A stretch of DNA of 64,000 bases from an uncultured Gammaproteobacteria bacterium (GCA_964453605.1 CAYVOI010000001.1:21182-85181); one strand, 5' to 3'. Positions 46,294 to 56,117 are shown, counted from the first letter of the stretch. The notes: a model not told the origin generated them from the letters alone. Program-made: numbers and translations.

Positions 46294-46325
46294 AGGTGTA
46301 CATAGGTAGCGTATGGGAGGCTGGG

Positions 46326-46700
46326 TCAGTTGTCAAAAGCCTCTGCCTCAGCGCCAAAGTACAGTTCGCGCAAACCCTCAATAATGAGTTTGGTCGGTGG
46401 CGCCGAACTAGCCTGCCCAGCGTAGAAGTACGGCCGCCCGCTGCCCAAAGCCCGCCGGCTCACGCGCCGACCTTTAGGGTCTATGTCTATACCATTAACG
46501 TGTATAGTCGGTGAGGCAAAGAACTGGTAGGCATGGGCTTGGTCCAGCGTGTCTATGGTAACAAGTCTCGGCTCTTCAGCCAGCCCAAGTTTTTTAAGCG
46601 CGGCTGCAAGGTTCTTGAGTGCCTCTGGCCAGGCACGGCAATCGCGGGTGTGGAGCAGCTCTATACCCTGGTTGGGTTCGTAGGTAGGTGTTGGTTGCAT
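46326..46700 (-). CDS. Hypothetical small protein, possibly thioredoxin-like fold
   Basis: 124 aa, no clear motif. Function unassigned. Confidence 0.4.
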   Translation of the reverse strand: MQPTPTYEPNQGIELLHTRDCRAWPEALKNLAAALKKLGLAEEPRLVTIDTLDQAHAYQFFASPTIHVNGIDIDPKGRRVSRRALGSGRPYFYAGQASSAPPTKLIIEGLRELYFGAEAEAFDN

Positions 46701-46712
46701 GGCGCGGCCGGC

Positions 46713-47738
46713 TTAAGGTTTGGCTTGGAGCGCCGCGGCAGTGTAGGTATTGTGGGGGTTCCAGAGCATCCAGCCGTTCGCAAAGCCAGCATCGGTTACA
46801 CCCTTGAACTCAGCGTGAACGAGGTCGGCAGTGTAGCGTGCGCCGAGGTTAAAGTCTTGCAGCCATGGCCGCACGATGGTGCGTGGCGTGGCGGCGAGCT
46901 GAGGCTTGCCCTGCTCTAGGGTTTGGCGCACTACCTCGTAGGGGTGCTCGGCTGGGTTGGTAAAGCCGAAGTTACCCGCGCGGTAGTGGGAGGGGTACAC
47001 CATGGGCGCTACCACGTCGAGCGTGGGTGCGAGCAGCCTAAGGTCTTGGCCTATGTTTAGGTGGTTGCGAGGTAAGAAGCTGTAGGCAAACACGTCGGCT
47101 GAGAGCACAGCCCCAGGGTGTGAAGCCTGGAGCTCGCGGTGGAGCCAGCCGACAAAGTCAGCTATGGTTTGCGCTTTGCTGACCTTGGGTTGCCAAATGG
47201 GGTAGTGAATGCTGCTCACCGCACCATCAGTAGGGAAGCGTACGTAGTCGAGGTTTACCTCGTCGAACCCGGCATCGAGTGCCGCCCGGGCCGCTTTAAG
47301 GTTGTACTCCCAGACTTCTCGCGAGCTGGCGTCCACCCACGTTTTGCCACCGCCGTCATGCCACACGCTGCCGTCGGCACGCTTCAGCGCCAGGTCGGGG
47401 CGGTGGCGTGCTAGGTCATCGTCCTGGAACACCACCTGCCGCGCAATGGTCCACATGCCCTGTGCCTTAAGCTCGGCCACCAGGTCTTTCACATGCTGAT
47501 CGAGTTTCACTCCCGAGGGTTCCTTGGTATTAATAACTATAGCGTTGAGCTCGGAGGAGGCAATTAACTGTTCTAAGTCTTTGATGTGTGCCGTGTGCGC
47601 GGTTGATGAAGTAGCGTAGATAGCTTTTACTACTGCCGGCATCGGCCGCCGTATCACGTGGGCCGCGGTGGGAGCTGGCTCGGGCTGAGGTAGCAGTTGG
47701 GTGGCGAGCAGGCTTAGAAGTGACAGCATTTTCAGCAT
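46713..47738 (-). CDS. Putative secreted TIM-barrel glycoside-hydrolase-like protein (DUF4015/GHL-type)
   Basis: Signal peptide and the NLDYVRFP motif typical of the putative glycoside-hydrolase DUF4015 family. Confidence 0.45.
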   Translation of the reverse strand: MLKMLSLLSLLATQLLPQPEPAPTAAHVIRRPMPAVVKAIYATSSTAHTAHIKDLEQLIASSELNAIVINTKEPSGVKLDQHVKDLVAELKAQGMWTIARQVVFQDDDLARHRPDLALKRADGSVWHDGGGKTWVDASSREVWEYNLKAARAALDAGFDEVNLDYVRFPTDGAVSSIHYPIWQPKVSKAQTIADFVGWLHRELQASHPGAVLSADVFAYSFLPRNHLNIGQDLRLLAPTLDVVAPMVYPSHYRAGNFGFTNPAEHPYEVVRQTLEQGKPQLAATPRTIVRPWLQDFNLGARYTADLVHAEFKGVTDAGFANGWMLWNPHNTYTAAALQAKP

Positions 47739-47787
47739 GTCAAAAGTGTACTATGGTTTGACACCCTTAGCTATCGCGTACTAAAAA

Positions 47788-47816
47788 AAGCGGGGCCCTT
47801 AGGCCCCGCTTGGGTA
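47788..47816. terminator. Bidirectional rho-independent terminator
   Basis: AAAAAAAGCGGGGCCCTTAGGCCCCGCTT: a perfect GC hairpin flanked by an A-run on one strand and a T-run on the other. Confidence 0.6.
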
Positions 47817-47821
47817 CTCTT

Positions 47822-48295
47822 CTAGCGTCCTGGGTCGTCGGCCGAGGGGCCGTAGATAGAAGGCACCTTGCCGCCGGCCATCCGGACGTACACCGAGAGC
47901 TGGCCGCGGTGGTGAATGTTGTCCCGGCTCATGCCCCACAGCCCATCCATAATCCTCTTTCCTGGGCCCCAGTCGGCAAAGGGCTGGTTCAGTTGTTCTT
48001 CAGACGTAGCGGCTATGGCAGCGCTGGTTTTAGTAAACGCGTCGTCATAGGCTTTGAGTATAGCGTCGAGCGTTGGCGGTACATCTTTAGGCAGGTTCAT
48101 CCAGTCCACCTTACCCGTTAGCATTTCTTCACTAGCTATTTCCTCTTTGGCAAAGTTGAACGCCAGCTCGCCGGCTGAGCGCGAGCGCTCGTGTGGCTTG
48201 AAGCTCAACTTATCAGCGGGGTACGCTTTCAACACCTTCATCGTAAGTTTGAACTCTTCCTGCCGTGAGGCAAGGAGCATATCTTTTTCTGACAT
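47822..48295 (-). CDS. DinB/YfiT-like (DinB_2) damage-inducible-family protein
   Basis: Four-helix-bundle DinB-superfamily pattern, including the conserved His (DNIHHRGQ). Start ATG at 48293-48295 (MSEKDML). Confidence 0.6.
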   Translation of the reverse strand: MSEKDMLLASRQEEFKLTMKVLKAYPADKLSFKPHERSRSAGELAFNFAKEEIASEEMLTGKVDWMNLPKDVPPTLDAILKAYDDAFTKTSAAIAATSEEQLNQPFADWGPGKRIMDGLWGMSRDNIHHRGQLSVYVRMAGGKVPSIYGPSADDPGR

Positions 48296-48374
48296 AGCTT
48301 TATAGTGCAGAATAGTTAGTGGGGTAAGTATAGCACAGAACACAAAACCCTCGTTTCAAGCGAGGGTTTTGTTA

Positions 48375-48449
48375 TGGGGTGACTAGAGGGAGTCGGACCC
48401 TCACTAAGGGCTCCACAAGCCCCTGTGCTACCGCTACACCATAGTCACC
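48375..48449 (-). tRNA. tRNA-His(GTG) with genome-encoded G-1 and CCA
   Basis: G-GTGACTATGGTGTAGCGGTAGCACAGGGGCTTGTGGAGCCCTTAGTGAGGGTCCGACTCCCTCTAGTCACCCCA. The extra 5' G pairs with C73. The T-loop is non-standard (TCCGACT). Confidence 0.75.
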
Positions 48450-48492
48450 ACGTGCGCACTCTCCTTATGAGAGCTGCCTTACGATAGCACAG

Positions 48493-49716
48493 CTAGTGGC
48501 TTGGTTCAAGCGTGAGTTTGGGCTGCTGGCTTAAGGCTTTTTCGGTAGCGTGATCAATAACCGATATCCAACTGTTGCCCGGGGCAAAGGCCAAGGGGTT
48601 GCCAGCAGCGTCGGTGAAGAGGAGTGGGTCACCGAGCGTGGGTTTAGACCAGCGACCTTCGAAGTGCTGCCCGTTGCGGAGCAGTATCGCCCTACCTGAA
48701 CCCAAGGTGGTAACAGTTACCTTTAGTAGTGGGTCGTTTGGTACAGGTACAATATCGGCTACCATGATAACCACATTTTTAGCCGTGAGCACGTTACCCG
48801 TGGCCCCATCCAGGTGTGGTTTGCCACCTACTGAACGTTCGTAGCTCTGTGAGGTTTGGTTCCAGTCGTAGCGTACGGCGTACTCTTTGGGGTCGTAGGG
48901 AATAGTGAAATTGGTAGCCTCTACTCCTTGAGCTGGCGTGGCGCCAAAGACAAACGGGATAAAGCCTTTAAAGTTTAGCCACTGGTGGGCTGTGATGTAG
49001 TCCCAAAATTTCTGCGCTCCCGTGAACAGGTTGTGGGGCGCTTTCTTACTCGCGTCACGTTCGTAGGCAGCGCCGTTAAAGAACTCGTTCACGTCTTGTA
49101 GGTTGCCGTACGGTTTTTTAAGCTGCTCCAATGCTTCCGTGCTCCCACCTGAGTGGCTGTAGAGCGCGCTAAAGTTAGCAGCCCAGTCGTTAAAGTACGC
49201 CCGGGCACTCCTCACCGGCCCCACGCGTTCTGGTAGCTCTGACTGGTACACAGCCATGAGCCGCGTTATGCCGGCCTCAGCCGGCGCCTCAAACACTACA
49301 TCGGCCTGTCCGAGGCCCACCTGTGGGCGTGAGGCCGCCAAGTTACTAATCATAACCGCCCAGGGACGTCGCGCGGCTAGCTCTGGGCTCACGGCTAGGC
49401 CAGTCAGAGGTGCCGTGGTGACAGGGGGTGTAGGTGTGGAGGGGGCCTCAGTTCTGGTTGTGCCGTACTGTGCCTGCAGTGAGAGTATGACGGCGCTCGA
49501 GCCAATGACCAGTACCCCTAAGGCCACCGCGCTCAGGTGTGCGAGCCACCACCAGTAGCGCCCATGCGCCTGCGGCGGGGTGCGAAAGTGTGCAGTCTTT
49601 GGTGCTAGGAGCTCAGCGTGAACTAGCCCCGTGTGCCGGCTTACCGTAGGACGGCGGGGTGCTCGTGGTTTTCTGGGGGTTGCGGCACGTTTGGTGGGTG
49701 TGTTTTTGGTTGGCAT
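48493..49716 (-). CDS. DUF3048 (YerB-like) secreted/lipoprotein-family protein
   Basis: AVMISNLAASRPQVGLGQADVVFEAPAEAGITRLMAVYQS matches the conserved DUF3048 N-domain. N-terminal basic/Pro-rich region plus a TM anchor. Confidence 0.55.
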   Translation of the reverse strand: MPTKNTPTKRAATPRKPRAPRRPTVSRHTGLVHAELLAPKTAHFRTPPQAHGRYWWWLAHLSAVALGVLVIGSSAVILSLQAQYGTTRTEAPSTPTPPVTTAPLTGLAVSPELAARRPWAVMISNLAASRPQVGLGQADVVFEAPAEAGITRLMAVYQSELPERVGPVRSARAYFNDWAANFSALYSHSGGSTEALEQLKKPYGNLQDVNEFFNGAAYERDASKKAPHNLFTGAQKFWDYITAHQWLNFKGFIPFVFGATPAQGVEATNFTIPYDPKEYAVRYDWNQTSQSYERSVGGKPHLDGATGNVLTAKNVVIMVADIVPVPNDPLLKVTVTTLGSGRAILLRNGQHFEGRWSKPTLGDPLLFTDAAGNPLAFAPGNSWISVIDHATEKALSQQPKLTLEPSH

Positions 49717-49810
49717 AGGTTTAGGTTTTAGAGGTTTTGTAGACGTAGCTTAGTATAGCAGCTCGGGCAAAATTTTTGAACTCTGGCGAACTATGGGCAG
49801 TTCACACCCT

Positions 49811-49882
49811 TGCCCCCGAGAGGAATCGAACCTCTATAACCGGCTTAGAAGTCCGGTGTTCTATCCATTGAACTACAGGGGC
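49811..49882 (-). tRNA. tRNA-Arg(TCT), no encoded CCA
   Basis: GCCCCTGTAGTTCAATGGATAGAACACCGGACTTCTAAGCCGGTTATAGAGGTTCGATTCCTCTCGGGGGCA. Confidence 0.85.
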
Positions 49883-49909
49883 ACGGGTGTGAACTGAGGC
49901 ACCACTAGG

Positions 49910-50830
49910 CTAGGTTGTTTTAGCTTCCTGGTCAACGCCTGCTGACGCTTCCGGACGTAGGTAACGGTAGAGCTTTAACGTGCTCTGGCTTTGGTGCCCA
50001 AGCGTTTGGCTGATGGTAGCAGCTGGTACTCCTTGTTTGAGAAGCCTGGCTGCAAAGGTGTGGCGGAGTGTGCCTGGTGTGAGGCGGCTGGTGATGTTAG
50101 CTGCTTTTCGGTAGTGCTCGAGTATGCGCTGCACGCTGCGCGGGGTGAGTGGTTGGTTGGCGCTACCACGCGCCCGGTCGTGCCGTACAAACAGGGCAGG
50201 GCTACTGTCGTCGCGGGCACTGAGGTACTGTTGCAGGTCGGCCAGACACTCTTTAGGTAGTGTAACAAGTTCGGGTCTTAAGCCTCGTGCTCCTAGGCGC
50301 AGTTCACCTGCGGTACTCAACTGGTCACGCGTGAGCGCGGCAGCCTCTGCCGTTTTCAGTCCAGTAGTAAGAAGGAGTGAGAGTAGGGCGCGGTCTCGGA
50401 GTTGCACCAACTGGGGCTCGCTGCTCTGAAGCGGTGCCTGGACTAGGCGTTCTACCTCTTGGGCTGAGAGTACCGTTACCGTTTCTCTGGTCAGGTGCTT
50501 AAGGTGTACCATGCCGGGCTCGAGTACCTGTTCACCTTGGGCTCTTAGGTACTTCAAGAACGACCGCAGGGCCGAGAGGTGGTAGTTCTGGGCCGCACCA
50601 GAGAGTGCTTTACCGTTCTGTTGGTTGGTTCGGGCGAGCCATCTTGTAAAAGCGCGAACTCGTTCAGTGGTGAGTTGCTCCAAGTTTGGTTCACTAAGGC
50701 TCGTTGCTTGCTTCAGCCAAATTACAAATCGCGCCAGGCTACGGCGGTAGCTTTTGAGCGTGGCTTGTCGGCGCTCTGGTTCCCGGAGCGACCCAAGGTA
50801 GGCTTCGGTGAGTTCGGTTAGATTTGGCAT
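49910..50830 (-). CDS. Tyrosine site-specific recombinase (XerC/XerD/phage-integrase family)
   Basis: Core-binding plus catalytic domain, with R..(H)..LRHTFA..LGHQSQSTLKLY (R-H-R-Y residues). It lies immediately beside tRNA-Arg(TCT). Confidence 0.8.
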   Translation of the reverse strand: MPNLTELTEAYLGSLREPERRQATLKSYRRSLARFVIWLKQATSLSEPNLEQLTTERVRAFTRWLARTNQQNGKALSGAAQNYHLSALRSFLKYLRAQGEQVLEPGMVHLKHLTRETVTVLSAQEVERLVQAPLQSSEPQLVQLRDRALLSLLLTTGLKTAEAAALTRDQLSTAGELRLGARGLRPELVTLPKECLADLQQYLSARDDSSPALFVRHDRARGSANQPLTPRSVQRILEHYRKAANITSRLTPGTLRHTFAARLLKQGVPAATISQTLGHQSQSTLKLYRYLRPEASAGVDQEAKTT

Positions 50831-50883
50831 AAGACAGGGCCAAGCTATTTTACGACACTTGTTGCGCTTAGGCCAATAGCCCT

Positions 50884-50912
50884 TGACAAATTTTAGTTAA
50901 TGGTATATGATA
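50884..50912 (+). promoter_or_regulatory. Consensus-like sigma70 promoter for the SPFH gene
   Basis: TTGACA, 17 nt, TATGAT. Confidence 0.55.
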
Positions 50913-50930
50913 GATTGTTCTTTAAAATAT

Positions 50931-50993
50931 AATTTACAGCTTCTCTTGGGCGCAGTTGTCTGTAATAGCTGTGCTGAAGAGAAGCTGTAAATT
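50931..50993 (+). promoter_or_regulatory. 17-bp perfect inverted repeat (hairpin with a 29-nt loop) in the 5' leader of the SPFH gene
   Basis: AATTTACAGCTTCTCTT...AAGAGAAGCTGTAAATT. Confidence 0.5.
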
Positions 50994-51204
50994 TATATAA
51001 CTAAATACCAAATCAACCAAACAACCACTATATAGGAGATACTCCCATATCGGATGGGGCGTGTTCAACTTCGGTTTGCAACTGATGAGCACCCCGAGTG
51101 ATGGGGCAGTCTACGCCGGCATCGGTATCATGATCTTGTACGTCGTTCTGGCGTTTTACATCGTTCGGTACGTGTTTCGTCGCGCGAAAGCCAAGGTAAA
51201 AGAA

Positions 51205-52092
51205 ATGCATACGAATCATATGCATACCATTGCTTTGGTGCTTGTATTAGGGGCCGCTTCATTGCTTACCACTGGCTGCTATACTGTTGTTCCTCCGGGC
51301 CACGTCGGTATTCTGGTCGAACAAACCGGTACAGATCGGGGAGTGCAAGACATTCCCGTTAAAACAGGGCGTGTATTCTACAATCCCTGGAATGAAAATG
51401 TACTTAGCTATCCGACTAGCGTGCAGCGCGTCATCTGGACTGTCAATAAAAGCGAAGGCAAAGAAATCAACGAAGAAATCAACTACAATTCAAAGGACCA
51501 GTTGGTTTTTACCGGCGATTTTACCGTCGCATACGAGCTCGTTGCAGAAAAGGTGCCGCACTTCTATGTCAAGTTTCGGAACGATGATATCGACGCCTTC
51601 ACGCACGGATTTTTCCGCGACCAAGTTCGTGATGCACTGAACGAGGCGGCTGTTCAGTATACAGCCGACGATTTGTATGGATCGAAGAAAGAAGAATTTC
51701 GTGACAAGGCGCTGGAAAGAGTAAGATCCAAGGTATTACCGTTCGGTGTTAACGTAATTTCGCTTGGCTACGCGAGTTCTCCGCGGCCACCGCAACAGGT
51801 AGCCGATGCCATCAACAGCAAAATTGCCGCGATTCAGAAGGCAACACAAACTGAGAATGAGATCCGGCAGACAGAAGCTGAGGCCAGAAAGAAAGTCGCA
51901 GATGCTGAGGGTACTGCCAAATCGAATGACATTGTCACTAAGTCTATCAGTCCCCAGATGATGGCCTGGCAGCAATTAAAAGTGCAGCAGTCGGCAATCG
52001 AAAAATGGGACGGGCACATGCCCCAGTATAGCGGCGGCGGTGCACTACCATTCATTCAGATTCCGATGAAACAGCAACAACAGCAACAGTGA
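51205..52092 (+). CDS. SPFH/Band-7 (stomatin/prohibitin-like) membrane-associated protein with a poly-Gln tail. The alternative upstream GTG start at 51061 would add an extra TM segment.
   Basis: Band-7 core with a coiled-coil region. ATG at 51205 is preceded by AAGGT and gives a lipoprotein-like signal ending LLTTGC. Confidence 0.7.
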   Translation: MHTNHMHTIALVLVLGAASLLTTGCYTVVPPGHVGILVEQTGTDRGVQDIPVKTGRVFYNPWNENVLSYPTSVQRVIWTVNKSEGKEINEEINYNSKDQLVFTGDFTVAYELVAEKVPHFYVKFRNDDIDAFTHGFFRDQVRDALNEAAVQYTADDLYGSKKEEFRDKALERVRSKVLPFGVNVISLGYASSPRPPQQVADAINSKIAAIQKATQTENEIRQTEAEARKKVADAEGTAKSNDIVTKSISPQMMAWQQLKVQQSAIEKWDGHMPQYSGGGALPFIQIPMKQQQQQQ

Positions 52093-52099
52093 AATAGAT

Positions 52100-52160
52100 A
52101 GTTCATCAACAAGCCGTTGAAACAATATATTGATCAAGCCCTGCTCCTTTTGAGTGGGGC
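52100..52160 (+). terminator. Rho-independent terminator after the SPFH gene
   Basis: AAGCCCTGCTCCTTTTGAGTGGGGCTTGTTTATT. Confidence 0.45.
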
Positions 52161-52298
52161 TTGTTTATTGTAACTTAAGCTCTTGCCAAGGCCAGTTACC
52201 TGTGGTAGAGTAGGTTCGCTTATTATTTGGCGCAGCCTTGGGTCTCGGGGATCTATCCGCCCTTCACTCGACCTGCCGCTTAAAGGAAAGGACATTGT

Positions 52299-52637
52299 AT
52301 GCTCGATAAAGAGAGCAAGGATAAGATAATCAAGAAGTTCAAAACTCACGAGGCCGACACGGGCAGCGCGGAGGTGCAGATAGCTATCCTCTCCGAGGAG
52401 ATTAAGCGCCTCACCGAGCACCTTGAGGGTCATAAGAAAGACTTTTCCTCGCGCCGCGGGCTTATCCGCAAGGTGAACCAGCGCCGCAGGCTTTTGAAGT
52501 TTCTGCAGCGCGAGAACCAAGTGGCATTTGAGGGCTTAACCCACAAACTTAAGCTCAAGATTAAAATTTCAGCCGTACCCCAGAGCCTGCCGGAGATAAT
52601 CGAAGAGGCCGCAGGTGAGGAGCGCGCGGCCGCCTAA
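52299..52637 (+). CDS. rpsO: 30S ribosomal protein S15 with a C-terminal extension
   Basis: [30 protein letters not shown]...[18 protein letters not shown]. Confidence 0.9.
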   Translation: MLDKESKDKIIKKFKTHEADTGSAEVQIAILSEEIKRLTEHLEGHKKDFSSRRGLIRKVNQRRRLLKFLQRENQVAFEGLTHKLKLKIKISAVPQSLPEIIEEAAGEERAAA

Positions 52638-52643
52638 GCTTTC

Positions 52644-53183
52644 ATGCTCAAGCACCAGGACCAACGCATCGGCCTGTTTGTCGACGTACAGAACATGTAC
52701 TACTCGGCCCGTAACCTGTACGGTGCCCGAGCGAACTTTGGTAAGATTTTGGAGCAAGCTGTTGGTGACCGTAAGCTCATTCGCGCCGTGGCGTACGTTA
52801 TTAAAGCCGAGGCGCCAGAGGAGGCTAAGTTCTTTGAGGCGCTTGAGAGCCAGGGGTTTGAGCTCAAAATGAAAGACCTGCAGGTGTTCGCGGGTGGGGC
52901 GAAGAAGGGCGACTGGGACGTCGGGCTTGCTATCGACGCCATTTCCATGGCCCCTAAGCTCGACGTGGTGGTGCTTGCCACGGGGGATGGTGATTTTGTA
53001 CCGCTGGTGCAGTTCCTGCAGCTCCAGGGCGTCAGGGTAGAGGTGATAGCATTTGCCGAAACTGCTTCAGCAAAACTCAGGGAGCAGGCCGATGACTTCT
53101 TTGACCTGTCGACCGAGCGCGCTAAGTTCTTAATTCGTTCCAAAGTGCTCTCTGGTCGGCCGCCGCGTCGGTCAGAGCGCTAG
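52644..53183 (+). CDS. NYN-domain (LabA-like) protein
   Basis: IGLFVDVQNMYYSA...DVVVLATGDGDFVPLV, the NYN/PIN-like nuclease fold signature. Confidence 0.7.
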   Translation: MLKHQDQRIGLFVDVQNMYYSARNLYGARANFGKILEQAVGDRKLIRAVAYVIKAEAPEEAKFFEALESQGFELKMKDLQVFAGGAKKGDWDVGLAIDAISMAPKLDVVVLATGDGDFVPLVQFLQLQGVRVEVIAFAETASAKLREQADDFFDLSTERAKFLIRSKVLSGRPPRRSER

Positions 53184-53326
53184 GTAGTACTTATTTATTT
53201 AAGGTAGACGTTAGCGCACGGGCACGTTATTTGAAGCGAGGTTCAGCCCCGCCACGGCGGGCCGGAAGCTCCGTTCAAATAACCCCTACGCCTTGAGCTC
53301 GCCTACCCCAGAAGGAGTAGCCAGGT

Positions 53327-55552
53327 ATGGTAGAGGTAAAACGGTTTGAGACAGAGGTTGCCGGCCGCAAGCTGATGGTCGAAGTCGGCAAGCTTGCCGG
53401 CCAGGCCCATGGCGCGTGTACTGTGCAGTACGGTGACACGGTTATTTTAGCTACAGCCGTGCAGGCTGAAGCCCCTCGGGAAGGCATAGACTACTTTCCC
53501 CTCATGGTGGACTACGAAGAGCGGCTCTACGCCGCTGGCAAAATAAAAGGCTCGCGCTTCATTAAGCGCGAGGGCAGGCCTTCGGATGAAGCCATTCTGA
53601 CCGCGCGTGTTATTGACCGCTCCATTAGGCCGCTATTCAAAGACACTGAACGCCGGGACGTGCAGGTGATAGTGACGGTGCTCTCTTGGGACCAAGAGAA
53701 CGACCCCGACGTACCAGCGCTCATTGGGGCCTCGTTGGCTTTGGGCATGTCGCCTATCCCCTGGGGTGGGCCACTGGCTGCTGCTCGCGTGGGGCGCATC
53801 AACGGAGAGTGGGTGTTAAATCCCAGTTACGAAGCACGTGGCAAGAGCGACCTCGAAATCTACGTCAGTGGTACTGCCGAGCAGGTAGTTATGATAGAGG
53901 CAGCTGCCAAGCAAATTCCCGAAGAGGTGATGGCCGAGGCCATTAGCTTCGGGCACAAGCACCTGGGGAAGCTGCTGCCGTTTATTGAGAAGGTTATTGC
54001 TGATTGTGGCCACCCGAAGCGCGCTGCGTTTGAAATTGACTCTGAGACTCAAGCAGCCGAGGGTGCCCTACGTACTAAGGTGGCCGCTTATCTCGACGGC
54101 AAATTTGAGCCTGTCTTCAGCGCCAAGGGTAAAGTTGCCCGCCGCGATGCCATTGCCAAGGTAAAGGCCGAGCTCGACGAGGCTTTGAAGGCCGACAACG
54201 ACGTTTCCAAAGAAGCCAGGGCTCAAGGCCTTACCTTTATGGATGAAATGCTCGACCTTGCCGCTCGTCGCTTAGTGCTCGACCAAGGTACCCGCATCGA
54301 TGGCCGGAAGGTTGATGAAGTCCGCTCACTCTCGTGCGAAGTCGGGGTGCTGCCGCGCACGCACGGGTCGGGCCTGTTCCAGCGCGGCGAAACGCAGGTG
54401 CTCTCTGTGGTCACCTTGGGTAGCCCAGGCGCCGAGCAGACACTCGACGGTATGGAAGAGGAGGGCAAGAAGCGCTTCATGCACCACTACAATTTCCCCG
54501 GCTTTTCCGTGGGTGAAGCTAAACCAGTGCGCTCGCCTGGGCGTCGTGAAATTGGCCACGGTGCACTGGCCGAGAAAGCGCTCGAGCCGGTGATTCCTCA
54601 GGACAAAGAAAAGTTCCCCTACACCATTCGCATTGTGTCTGAGGTGTTAGGCTCCAACGGTTCGTCATCACAAGCTTCAACCTGCGGCTCATCCCTGGCG
54701 CTCATGGACGCTGGTGTGCCCATTCTGGCGCCGGTGGCAGGGGTTGCTATGGGTATTGTTTGCGACCCTAAAGACAAGTCGCGCTATAGCATTATCACCG
54801 ATGTGCAAGACATTGAGGACCACGCCGACAGCATGGACTTTAAAGTGGCGGGCACGCGCACCGGCGTTACCGCTATTCAGCTCGACATAAAACTTCCAGG
54901 GATAAGCCAGGAGATAGTGCGGAAGACCTTGCAGCAGGCGCGTACTGCTCGCCTAAAGATTCTGGACGCCATGGACGCCGTGCTGCCCGCGCCTCGGCCT
55001 GAGCTCAGCCAGTACGCCCCACGGATTGTCTCCTTCTACATTCCCGTGGACCGGATTCGCGATGTCATTGGCCCTGGCGGCAAGATCATCAACGAGATCA
55101 TCGACGCTACCGGCGTTACTATCGACATTGAGGACGACGGCTTAGTCATGGTGACCTCGGTGTCAGCGGAAGCCAGCGCTAAGGCCGTGGACTGGATCAA
55201 GAACCTGACCCGCGAGGTGGTAGTTGGCGAAACGTTCCAAGGCAAGGTGACTCGGCTCATGAACTTTGGCGCCTTTGTGGAAATTCTCCCCAAGCAAGAG
55301 GGCTTGGTACACATTTCTGAGCTCGCTTGGCACCACGTGCCGAGTGTGCAAGACGCGGTTAAGGTAGGTGACACCCTGAACGTGAAGGTGATAGAGATTG
55401 ACGAGATGGGTCGCATCAACCTTTCCCACCGACAAACCTTGCCTCGGCCGGACGGCTACGTAGAGCGCCCACCTATGCCGCGAGGGAACGGTGGCGGGCA
55501 CCACGGTAACGGGGGCCCTAGGCACAATGGGCGCAACGGCTTTAGGCACTAG
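53327..55552 (+). CDS. pnp: Polyribonucleotide nucleotidyltransferase (PNPase) with a Gly-rich C-terminal tail
   Basis: Two RNase PH domains, a KH domain and an S1 domain; FMHHYNFPGFSVGE motif. Confidence 0.95.
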   Translation: MVEVKRFETEVAGRKLMVEVGKLAGQAHGACTVQYGDTVILATAVQAEAPREGIDYFPLMVDYEERLYAAGKIKGSRFIKREGRPSDEAILTARVIDRSIRPLFKDTERRDVQVIVTVLSWDQENDPDVPALIGASLALGMSPIPWGGPLAAARVGRINGEWVLNPSYEARGKSDLEIYVSGTAEQVVMIEAAAKQIPEEVMAEAISFGHKHLGKLLPFIEKVIADCGHPKRAAFEIDSETQAAEGALRTKVAAYLDGKFEPVFSAKGKVARRDAIAKVKAELDEALKADNDVSKEARAQGLTFMDEMLDLAARRLVLDQGTRIDGRKVDEVRSLSCEVGVLPRTHGSGLFQRGETQVLSVVTLGSPGAEQTLDGMEEEGKKRFMHHYNFPGFSVGEAKPVRSPGRREIGHGALAEKALEPVIPQDKEKFPYTIRIVSEVLGSNGSSSQASTCGSSLALMDAGVPILAPVAGVAMGIVCDPKDKSRYSIITDVQDIEDHADSMDFKVAGTRTGVTAIQLDIKLPGISQEIVRKTLQQARTARLKILDAMDAVLPAPRPELSQYAPRIVSFYIPVDRIRDVIGPGGKIINEIIDATGVTIDIEDDGLVMVTSVSAEASAKAVDWIKNLTREVVVGETFQGKVTRLMNFGAFVEILPKQEGLVHISELAWHHVPSVQDAVKVGDTLNVKVIEIDEMGRINLSHRQTLPRPDGYVERPPMPRGNGGGHHGNGGPRHNGRNGFRH

Positions 55553-55577
55553 AATACAGCACTCGTTTGGTATAAAA

Positions 55578-55607
55578 AAGGATGAGCAAGCTCATCCTTT
55601 TTTGTTT
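55578..55607. terminator. Bidirectional terminator between pnp and the convergent gene
   Basis: AAAAAAGGATGAGCAAGCTCATCCTTTTTTG. Confidence 0.6.
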
Positions 55608-55625
55608 GTGAAACTTCACCATATC

Positions 55626-56117
55626 TCAGCGTGCAGCAGCTACTGCATTCTCACACGTGTCCACCAGCGTACTGTGTATGACGATATCTGAGCATTCCTG
55701 TGCGAGCCGGTGTCGAATGTAACGCTCCCCGCTGAAACCAGGTTCAATACCTAGCACGAGTTGTGCCGCACTGCGACGGTGTCGCTCTTTCCATTCAGCG
55801 AGCTCGAACCTCGAGGTCTGGGCATAGGCCCTGTCGGGATGGTGTAGCTGCTCCTTGGCCAACCAAAACAGTATCACTCCTTGTGCTGCGGCTCGGTTCA
55901 GGTAGCGCGTTTCCCAGTCGACCTGTTTGGTATAGGTCCAGCCGGGTATATCTTTATTCAGGCTACGTGGGGAGGCAATGTACAAGGAACTGTCTAAGCT
56001 GCGTAGTATAGTAATGGCCTCTTCCTGCCACGGCGCTGCTCCCTGGATTGGTCCAGCTAGAAATAGTAATGGACTGCCCACCTGAGTTTCTTCAATTGCT
56101 CGTATGACGTTGTTCAT
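55626..56117 (-). CDS. Nucleoside 2-deoxyribosyltransferase-like Rossmann-fold protein
   Basis: LFLAGPIQGA near the N-terminus, as in the Nuc_deoxyrib_tr / YtoQ-type families. Confidence 0.4.
   Translation of the reverse strand: MNNVIRAIEETQVGSPLLFLAGPIQGAAPWQEEAITILRSLDSSLYIASPRSLNKDIPGWTYTKQVDWETRYLNRAAAQGVILFWLAKEQLHHPDRAYAQTSRFELAEWKERHRRSAAQLVLGIEPGFSGERYIRHRLAQECSDIVIHSTLVDTCENAVAAAR

Noticed and set aside
52060-52092. CAGCAACAA trinucleotide-like repeat
   Set aside because: It simply encodes the poly-Gln C-terminal tail of the SPFH protein. Too short to be a meaningful tandem-repeat locus.
52134-52520. Minus-strand 128-aa ORF
   Set aside because: Antisense to rpsO and its leader. 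rpsO is unmistakable on the plus strand.
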